From Gnetum montanum (lineage: Eukaryota > Plantae > Gnetophyta): 64,000 bases of DNA. The stretch is from NCBI GenBank assembly GCA_015680685.1, contig MNCI01002704.1, positions 413,622 to 477,621 of the forward strand, written 5' to 3'. The position numbers and the translations under genes are program-made. The notes beneath the pieces are model-generated. The model searched no databases. It saw only the letters and a program-made list of their open reading frames with translations, and was not told where the DNA came from. Below are positions 55,495 to 64,000 of this stretch, one piece after another; position 1 is the first letter of the stretch; every line of letters starts with the position of its first letter.

Positions 55495-58190
55495 GACCTT
55501 CCATCTCTACTAATCTCACCATACCACTTTCAGGGGCACATCATGAGGACATATTATCCTCAAGTTTGGTGAGGTGATACTAGCATAGGAGTGGCTGTGG
55601 GGATAGGTGCCTGGGTACATTCAAGCAAACATCTAGCATGCAAGTTTACTTGATGTATTTATCACACCCATCCCTTCTATCCCTACTGCAAAGATGTTGC
55701 ATGTCATTGACTCCTTCAATGAGAAGGCTAGTCATTTTAACACCATCATTCAAGGTGTGAAGGTTAACATGGACATTGATGAGGGTCTCTTTTGCAACAT
55801 GTTTAGTGTCCTCGCTGACAAGCTAAAGGTTCTAACAAGAATAGTGGAGAAATCAAGCCATCATGATGAAGTTTTGAAGTGGCATGATGCCAACATGGGC
55901 CACTTCAAAATTTCCATGGATGACTCCATGAACCCTAATGCAAATAAATCCTATCCTTTTTTTAAGTCTTATGCATTTCCTAAACTATTATTGCAAAAGA
56001 AGATGATTGGCATTGCGTAGGGGTGGACCTTTAAGAAGGTCCTGATAGATGACACCAGGCTCAACTAGGCAACTACTTTGGCTATTGGGCTTCAAGATGG
56101 GGTCCTTAGACTCTGCACAAATACCTCTACATTAATCCACATGTATTTTGCATTTTTTTTTTGCAAGTTATTTGAAGAGGTTTGTGGAGTTTCTAGTCAT
56201 TTATAGGAATGGATGATGGGTTTCCCAAGACCCAAGCCGACTTTCTATACCTTGGATAAAGCACATTTATCCAGTGGAGCAGGCTTAAAACCCACCAAAG
56301 GGAATGGATGATACATTATCCATTACCACCAAGGATCTTAATGTTAGGTAGTTTGAGTTCCCTGATAGCACAAATGATGAGGAGCCTCTCACATTCCCAA
56401 TAGGCATTCTAAAGGTCAAACAATGACATAGAAAGACCAGAGAGACAGCTAGAAAGAAACTCAAGAGTCCCATGGAGGAAGCGCTATCAACATCAAAGCA
56501 ACCTACCCCGAAGAAGCTTAAGTTCAAGCTTAAGCCATCATAGTAGGCAGTCATAGGTATGCTCTGTTTAAATTTAGCAATTTTATGTTATAAAGTTTAT
56601 GGCTATGTTATGATTTCATGTGTTAACTAGTTTTCTATGTGTTATGGTTGTAGACAAGCACTAGGTCATGGTAGCCCAAACTACTATAGGGGAAGAACAA
56701 AGGTGTGTAGGAGAGACACTCCTCAAGCAACTTGAGGTTGAAGGGTTTGTTGATGCAAATATAAATGATCTATATGCCTTGTTCAATGTGGTGGTAAAAA
56801 TTTCATCCCTCGTCATCATTCTAGAGGAAGAGGAGGAGGAGACATGTATGTCACGCCTTAATTCTTTCATCATATCTTATGGTTTAATTTTGGTTTTCAT
56901 CCTAACTATTCAATGATTTTTATGCTTATAGTAGTTCCTAAGCCACTAGTGAAAGCCCTTGTCACTAACTTTCTCATGAAACCATGGGTGAAGGCCCTAG
57001 GCAAGGTGGAGTTCATGCTTGGGATGGATAAGAACATCATTGACTAGTTGCAATATGTTATACCTAAGATAGGTAAGGACTTGCTTTTATGCACCTTAGT
57101 TGTTTGGCTATGTTATAGGCTATGCTTGTGTTACGACTATCTTAGATTATACATTATGTTAATGATTGTATTTCATGCTTGTGTAGTGCCTTTGCAATGG
57201 AACCCTAGTAGAGACATGGAGACTAACTCCTTACTTAAGCTTCCCTTTAATGTATCTAGTATATCCTTGAAGTTGTACAAGACTATTATTGATCTAGCAA
57301 TGTTATGTTGAAAAACTTCATGGGAGCTAGAGAGGTCCAACAAATCCCTATGGGAAGAAGTTCTGGGCTTAATGAAGAAGACTCAATGATAGGAGAAAAC
57401 TATTACAGTTCTTGAATACTAGAGGCCTTTGTGGAAGCCCAAGTGGCTAACTTAGGAAAATTCCATACTAGGGAGATCACATGGGCCCACTACTCACATG
57501 TCACTCAAGACAAAGTAGTAGTCTTATAGGATATGATAGAAAAGTGGATGCAAATAGACCTCATCTCCTTGAAGGTTCACGACTAAAAAGATCACTACGC
57601 TTGGGTCCTATAGTGGGATAAGAAACAAAAGGTCCACAAGTGATAGTACAAGGTGGATCATGGGGCCTACCTTAAGTGGCTTAACAAAGAGTCATTTGAA
57701 TGGTGCAAGAAGGAGTTGTTCATCCATGGGATCTAAGTAGAGAGTGCTTATTAAATTTTTGAGAGTATTTTCATAGTGGAGTAATTCCCTACTACTTACA
57801 TTACCACTACTGTAGGTGAGACCTCTAAAGTTGCTATGGCCTAGAAGCTACCTACTTGGACTATGGTAGATAGGACCAACATCCTTTCTAGCATTGATCT
57901 TGGGGATGTTGACTGGATCAACATGATGAGGAATGAAATCCTCCATTGTTTGGTGAAAGGCCTTCCACATCTACCCCTGAAAGTTATGTAGTTAGAATAC
58001 CCACAAGTTTGATAAATTTTATGTCTTCTACTTTTAGTTTTTGTTTATGGTTTTAGATATTGGTTGCTAAATGGCTATGTGTCATTGTATTTCAAGCATC
58101 AAGAGACAATGGCAATCCTAGAAATGAGGGTTGGAATGATTGACCACTTCCTCTTCAAGATGCCCCTTAGTAGCCTCCATCAGCTTGATT
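55495..58190 (+). pseudogene. antisense, intron-containing extra gene remnant inside element B's PR-RT spacer
   Basis: Coding-like exons (55694-56020 and 56668-56845) separated by T-rich GT-AG segments at 56557-56653, 56846-56931 and 57073-57186. Acceptors tttgcag (55494) and tttcaag (58096). Confidence 0.6.
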
Positions 58191-58879
58191 TTTTGGCTAT
58201 TTGTTTTTATTTTCATGTTAATGTCTATTATTAACCAATACTATATCATAGATGGTTGTTATTATTTTTTGACATTTGTTCCACATAGTGTGGCCATGGG
58301 TATGTATGTTATGAATATGTTAAGTCTAAATTTAAAATTTAAAATTTTGGTTTTATTTTTTGGTTGTCTATATTGTTCTAGTAAACATTGTAAATGTTGT
58401 GAACATTGTGAAGGGCTAGGTTGAAATTTTTTAGCTATAAAATTAGATAGCTAATTAATGAGATAATAGGTTAAATAAGAAGTATAATAATAATAAAAAG
58501 ATGTTTGCTAGGTTTAGGCCATCATAGGCACAAGTTATATTGTGTTGCCAATTTAAGGCCATAGCAGGTCTTGATGTCAGTTTAAGGTCATAGCAGGTCT
58601 TGATACTAGTTTAAGGTCATAATAGGTCATGTTGTGTGATTATCTTTGCTAGCTTAAGGCCATGGTAGGCCATTATTCTAGTTTACGATCATAGTAAACC
58701 ATTGTTAAAGAGAAGCTTATATTTTTTGGTGATTTTATATTTTAAGTTATTCAAGGATTTTAGATTGTTCATAACATGAGTAAAAGCAAATAAGAAAAAA
58801 TGCAAATGAAAGTAGAAACTTAGGCTACATGCATAAAGAGTAAAACAAATTATATAAAAAAAATATCACAAATTAGGCT

Positions 58880-61800
58880 ACATGGCTATTGATGCATCTG
58901 GTTATAAGGGCATAAGATGAAAAGGTTAAAGTATATGTCACTTGTGTAAATTCTTTCTAATCTTTGCAATATTATGGAATGAATAAGGTCTACTCTACAC
59001 TATCTTATATTCATCATCCCCTTTAGTGATGATGTGAAAAGGGAGTTCATCCCATGACACATCCCATTTCTTATCATTTTCATCATTGGCTTTCTTAGGT
59101 TATTGAATTTCATGGCTCAAAGCTTCTTCTTGAAGCTCCACTCTAGACGCTTGCTCTATGTTCATAATGTTGGTAGCTAGGGGAACAACATTATCACCAT
59201 GAATAATGATTTCACCTCCCTCATAAGAAAAATGAATTTCTTGATGGATGGATGAGGATACAACTCATAATTGAGTTGACCAATCTCTTCCCAGAAAAAG
59301 GTTGAACCCTAGTGTTTTCTCCATCATCAAGAAATTAGTAGTCATGGGGAATTTCTTCCTCACCATGAAGTCTAAGGAGATGGACCCCTTGATAGAAACC
59401 TTGGATCCATTAAAAGAATTGAGGGAAATTGTTGATGTATGCTATATTTGCTCAGTTAAACCTAAGCATTCAACAATGGTGCATGGGATGATGTTAGTTG
59501 TAACTTCATCATCAACATGCACCTAATGCACTTTGAACTACCCTATACATATAGTTATGAATAGAGGAGTTGTATTTACTTCACCATTTTGCGGATCAAC
59601 CTTCATTTCTCTATCATGAAATAAGAGTGGTATTAACTTCTCCTCACTTAGCAAAGAAGGAACCATCACTACATGGATGGATTTCTCGTTAGTAGGGATG
59701 TCCTTACTAATGGGGATAGAGGTCAACATTTTGACTAAGTCCTCACAATGTGTAGTAGAAGTAATGATCAAGTCACATAAGCTTAGAGTTTTTTTTTTCT
59801 ACTTGAGGAATTACCTGACTTGGTCCATCATACTAAAGAAGTTTTTATCATTAATTGTGGACTTATCACCCTGGTTGTGCTTTACTTCCTTCATGCTCCC
59901 CAAAATATGAAATTTAGCTTTAGGTTGTGATAATTGGGGCTTTTCCTCATTGTTCTAGTTATGGGCTTTGGTGTCTTCCTATGGCTTGTTGGTTGGAGCA
60001 AGTTGGGTAGAGGTCACGGGTAAAGCCAAAATGGGAGCGGGCTTCGAAGGGACCACTTCCTTCTACGTCTCCTTCTACTTGTCACCCTTGTTGTTGGGAT
60101 TTTGCATAAGATTCTTCCTTTGCTAGGTTAATTTTTTTTTTTTGTCATTCATTGGTTGTGAGGAAGAGGCAGTAGTATTAGCCATCACATGAGGTCATTG
60201 TGTAGTTGTTTGACCTATGGTTGTTTTGGTTGTGTTAGGTTGAGATACCTTTATAATAAAAGGATCCCTTGATGACATTCATGATGGTATTCTTATGATG
60301 AAGATGGATCTTGAGTTGATGGAGGCTAAAGAAACCCTTTCATCATAAGGGGATACTTAGATCACATATGGTTTTCCTGGGGTTTCCAATATTTATTAAT
60401 GTTGAATGTTGAAATGATGTAAGGGCTATCATTAGCATACAATAGGTTCTTGTAGACCTACATCAACTAATTTTATGATCGAATTGGGTTGGAAGCATCT
60501 AAGACCAGCTTCCCCTATCAATCATCCTCTACAATATGAGGTAGAATTTTGTGTCATGACTAAGTAGCTAGTGATAATGACAAAAGTGATCTAGTTTGAA
60601 GTACCTAGGTAGTTTTTGATCATCTTTTGTTACTATAGTGGGTTATTTGGCTATTTCACAAAGTCTATCATGCTTCTTATGGGAAGCTTCAGATAGTTTC
60701 TTGTATTGAATACACCCAACTTTTTATAAGTTCATCTAATAGCTTGGATGGCTTTAGAGGTAAGGTAGTGTACTTAGACTTGTCCTTCCCTACAAAATTA
60801 GGTCTCGTTGTTGTCAATGTAGTGGCCCTAGAGATTGATGTTTGGTCATTGCAGTCATTAGTGAGGGCCTTAGGTGGGTCATTCCTTGGCCCCTAGTTTC
60901 TAGTCTTTGTTTCTTTGTTCATAGTTGCTACAATCATATTGTTTTGCTTGTTCTTATCTTTTTTTCTCCATGTATGTTGATTTTTATATGCTATGTAGGC
61001 CAAATCATGACTAACCTTCACAACATCCTCTATATTTTTAGTTTAAAAAAATGCCTGGCTAAGAGTCTACAAGTTAAGGTAGTAGAGCTTGAACTTTATG
61101 AAGTCATTAGCCACTCCCTTAAATATGATCAACGAGCGGGCTTCAGCTATAAGCTCTAGTATTTAATTTAGTAGTCCATTCCACAATTGGATGAACTTCT
61201 GAATGAGTTCTAGGAACCCTTGCTTGACCTTCATAAGTTGGTCAAGCATTGTGACAAGCTTCAAGTTATATTTAAAGAAATTGATAAATTGGGTAATTAA
61301 GTCCTCTAGAGAGAATATGGATTCCCTAGGTAATGGTACGAGGTCATGGCTATAAGAGAAAGCATTTGAATAGAAAGATAATAAGATGAGCATTAGGATC
61401 ACCTTCTTCATTGTATTTACTAAACTAGGGAAAATGGACAACAGGAGTAAGTATCAAGGGTGGGACCATAGAACTGATGAGATCATCCTAATAAAAGTCC
61501 ATAATCTTGACAACTTGTGAAGTAGAGGCTTTAAGCCTCTTCAACTTCTCTATTAGGTCGTAGATCATCTAGAAGGCTTGCTCCAGGACCTGTGATGATC
61601 ATGTTGGTTGTGGGGTTTGCACATAGGGTTGTGACATTTGTTGTGAGGCTTGTGGCCTTGCTATGGATTATAGGATGGAAGGAAAAGGTTACGTTATGGT
61701 TGTAGCTTGCAGGAAAAACAAAGAAAATGATGTTTATGCTTGTACCTAAGGCACAAACAAGATAAAGGGGTTGTATGACCCCTGAGTTACTTGGGGTCCC

Positions 61801-62302
61801 ATGGTGGACTCTATATAGGTGGTTAATGGACTTGTAGTGGTGAAAACCACCATCAATGATTCTACTAATCAAGGCTATGTAGAAAATGACATAGATGTGT
61901 TATAGGTTATTGGTTATGATGATGATTGAGTTTGATGTGTGGCTATGACTAGTGTGGAACTAGTCATGATAGGATAGGAAGGAGTGAGAGATAGTGGCAC
62001 CATGTCCATGGAGAAAACAAAAGTGTAAGCGGAAGGTGCTATGATCTTGCAAGACATTTGTTGGAATAATCCTTCCACGATGTTTTCAAGATCATATTCT
62101 ATCCTACATTCATCCTCCTGCTCTTATTATTCTTATGAGCTATGCTTGTCATCTTCCTCTTCCATCATAATCAATTGAGCCAGAATGTTCACATAGATAT
62201 CCATTAGAGGTATTTCGTCATACAAGGAAGGGACTTACTCTTTTCCATCCTAATGTATGAGCTCAAACTTCCTTTTTGCCTCTACTTCCATACATGAAAT
62301 CA
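58880..62302 (-). pseudogene. gag: gag-protease remnant of element B
   Basis: ORFs 59538-59771 and 61163-61441 match A's 37538-37726 and gag region; protease VHVDD motif at ~59505-59525. Confidence 0.85.
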
Positions 62303-62444
62303 TGAGGATAGCCTGCATTTTTTTTTGAGAGAGAGAATGTTCGGGATTGTATTACTGAGAAATATAGTACACAAGTATACAGTTTAAGGGTCATCAGTGA
62401 TGGCCCACTGGAAAAAAAGGGGGGGAGGAGGGGTGGGAGCCTCA
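62303..62444 (-). repeat. putative 3' LTR of element E (~142 bp)
   Basis: Minus strand TGAGGctccc...gctatCCTCA (5-bp inverted termini), preceded by tttaggagggg-tgc. The partner LTR is outside the window. Confidence 0.65.
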
Positions 62445-62447
62445 GCA

Positions 62448-62458
62448 CCCCTCCTAAA
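62448..62458 (-). promoter_or_regulatory. PPT of element E
   Basis: Minus strand tttaggagggg, 3 nt upstream of the LTR start. Confidence 0.65.
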
Positions 62459-62685
62459 CTCAAAACTCAAAAACCAACAACTAGGGGAGGGCAGGTGGGT
62501 GCACCCCCAACAAACAGAAACGACCCCCAATGACCAATCGCTGTCCCCCACCACCAACCCACAAGGGGGGGGGGCCACACCCAGAAATGTGGGAGGGGGG
62601 GCAAAGAAAATAGAAAGCATTTGCGCTGCCGACGGGGGGGGGGGCCTTAGGGGCAGGTCGGTAGATGGCGGCAGGCGCACTGCGG

Positions 62686-63994
62686 TCATTCAAGTTCATG
62701 GAGCAAGTCCAGGGTGTTGTGGTGCTCTTCAGTGTTCATGAAGTTCGCCGCTTGTTGGATGCTCTGCATGACAGACTCTCGCTTACTCCGATCAGCCGGT
62801 GAGTCCCCAGCGTCCGGATGGAATCTTGCTGACCTGCACTGAATATGTCGCCTAAGCTCCCCCCAGGAGCTCTCACAACTTATGCCCAAGATACTGTATG
62901 GGCAGTGTCCCCCCCTAAGCCACTGATGGGCACTGTGCTCGTGTGCCCGGTTGAGCTGTCTTTGTCATTGGTCTTCCTCTTCTTGCAATCGTTCATGTTC
63001 TTCCCTTGCCACCTGCTTTTGGGCTTGATGGGCCACCTCCTCCTGGCACAGCTCCTCCCTAACCTGGTCTCGGATCTCATCGATGAGCCAGGCCCATGTA
63101 GCCTCTACCATGAGCACATGTTGTCATGTCATCTCTTGTGCTTGTTCGTGGAACTGGGCCTCTTGCTCGACACGAGATTGGGCTAGGGCCTCGTTCCACT
63201 TTGCCTCCCACTCCCATCGTTCTACCTCCCACACAACAATAGCCGCCTGTTTTTCGGCAAGGTGTAACTCCGCATCCTAGTTCGGGGGGCATTGGGGGGG
63301 TCTGGTAAGGGATGCAAGCTATGTTGGGAGCAGCGTCCCCAGGTGAGACTCGTAAGGTGAGTTTTCAGGCTGGGGGAGGTTGAAGAGGTGGGGGGGCATC
63401 AGAGGTGCTCCCCCCAGGGGGTAGAGGATGGGCCTAGCACCCCCCCCCCCCCCCCCCCCCNCACAAAGCCAAGATCAACCCCGAGTGACGACCGTGTCGT
63501 TTAAGGCAAAGGATCTCCAGGAAAAACCACGGGATGTTAACCTGGATGCCGAACTTCAAGCACTACAAAAAGACAAAATGCAAGCCCTGAAGCTTGGATG
63601 CATTGCCAGACTAGACAAAAAAATGATCCACCAAGTTGGTAGCCCGGGTCTAGAGGCATGGGAGAGAGGATCTAGGAACTTGGCAGCTCTGCGTTCTAGG
63701 TATGGGTCCCTCGAAAAGGGTCGCAGCGTCCTATAGGCCATGGGTAGTGGACAGGAAGATTTCTCCTACAGCCGGGGCCCCCAAACAGCTGGCAATGGCA
63801 GATTCTATGATGCAAATCTTGCATCCTTGGAAGTGGGTTCTGTCAACGTTCCAATTTGCAAAGAACACATCGTCAGCAAGGTCTGGGTCACCGACCAGCC
63901 GCTGCAACGGGCTAGACCAGCCGCACTTGGTGACCAACCACCACAGCTCCTCATCTTCCCAAAAAGTGGCACAGTCAGGCTCGAACATCGGCAT
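62686..63994 (-). pseudogene. extra ORF of element E: retrotransposon eORF-like domain + Pro linker + coiled coil + J-domain
   Basis: One frame from 63994 to 63461 with four TAG stops, one frame change near the poly-C/N tract (~63440-63461), then one frame through the coiled coil and J-domain to the TGA at 62686. Confidence 0.75.
62704..62901 (-). other. DnaJ-like J-domain with HPD motif
   Basis: PYSILGISCESSWGELRRHIQCRSARFHPDAGDSPADRSKRESVMQSIQQAANFMNTEEHHNTLD follows J-domain consensus spacing (YeiLGv....s..eikkayrkla.kyHPD...f.ei.eAyevL.d...R..yD). HPD is at 62820-62812. Confidence 0.8.
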
Positions 63995-64000
63995 GGCATC

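Larger units (their letters stand above)
46706..62302 (-). mobile_element. Tat/Ogre-like element B body (LTR remainder 46706-46902; interrupted at 62303 by element E)
   Basis: Colinear with element A. PPT aaagaggggc next to the LTR end at 46902. Homology to A's gag start (~40290-40332) stops at 62302. Confidence 0.9.
62303..64000 (-). mobile_element. GC-rich short-LTR retroelement E (3' end only), inserted in B's gag
   Basis: Abrupt shift to GC/CpG-rich sequence. The junction falls where B/A homology ends. TGAGG...CCTCA termini and a PPT are present. Confidence 0.75.

Noticed and set aside
156-62000. Remaining short ORFs in the supplied track as genes
   Set aside because: They are fragments or antisense shadows of decayed gag/pol, or chance ORFs in AT-rich spacers.
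62686-62901. Host DnaJ gene
   Set aside because: No introns seen, upstream in-frame stops, fused to a TE-like domain and bounded by a PPT and LTR inside another element's gag. No gene symbol assigned.
62845-63186. Hydrophobic 113-aa plus-strand ORF as a membrane protein
   Set aside because: It is the codon-aligned antisense shadow of the E/Q-rich coiled coil (GAG/GAA/CAA read as Leu/Phe).
63428-64000. Plus-strand ORF 63428-63736 and downstream PWVVDRK as a LINE ORF1
   Set aside because: The minus strand gives a coherent domain with stops explained by deamination and is oriented with the PPT and LTR. The poly-Pro start is only the C homopolymer.

Overview
Plant (eukaryotic) repeat-rich DNA made almost entirely of nested, decayed LTR retrotransposons. 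No intact host gene, RNA gene or CRISPR array is supportable. The sequence is AT-rich and strongly CpG/CHG-depleted; many in-frame stops are TAG or TGA, consistent with CAG/CGA decay. Reconstructed layout: (1) Athila-like element 1 (+, ~1-11776) and (2) Athila-like element 2 (+, from 13908, tRNA-Asp PBS), both interrupting an older Ty3/gypsy element D (11777-13907); (3) Tat/Ogre-like element B (-, 22105-62302+) inserted in the 3' region of element 2; (4) gypsy element C (-, 22943-46700, TSD TACTA) inserted in B's LTR; (5) full-length Tat/Ogre-like element A (-, 25676-43080, TSD ATGGG, tRNA-Asn PBS) inserted in C; (6) a GC-rich, CpG-retaining element E (-, 62303 to window end) inserted in B's gag. 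The main find is element E. It has a ~142-bp LTR and, in the env position just upstream of its PPT, a decayed ORF made of a retrotransposon extra-ORF-like N-terminal domain, a Pro-rich linker, an E/R/Q coiled coil and a C-terminal DnaJ-like J-domain with an intact HPD motif. Other notable points: a multi-kb spacer between protease and RT in the Tat elements that holds an antisense, intron-containing gene remnant, and a conserved C-x7-C-x-C-x14-C-x2-C motif in the protease-RT linker of both Athila-like elements. All calls come from reading the sequence by eye; no searches were run.
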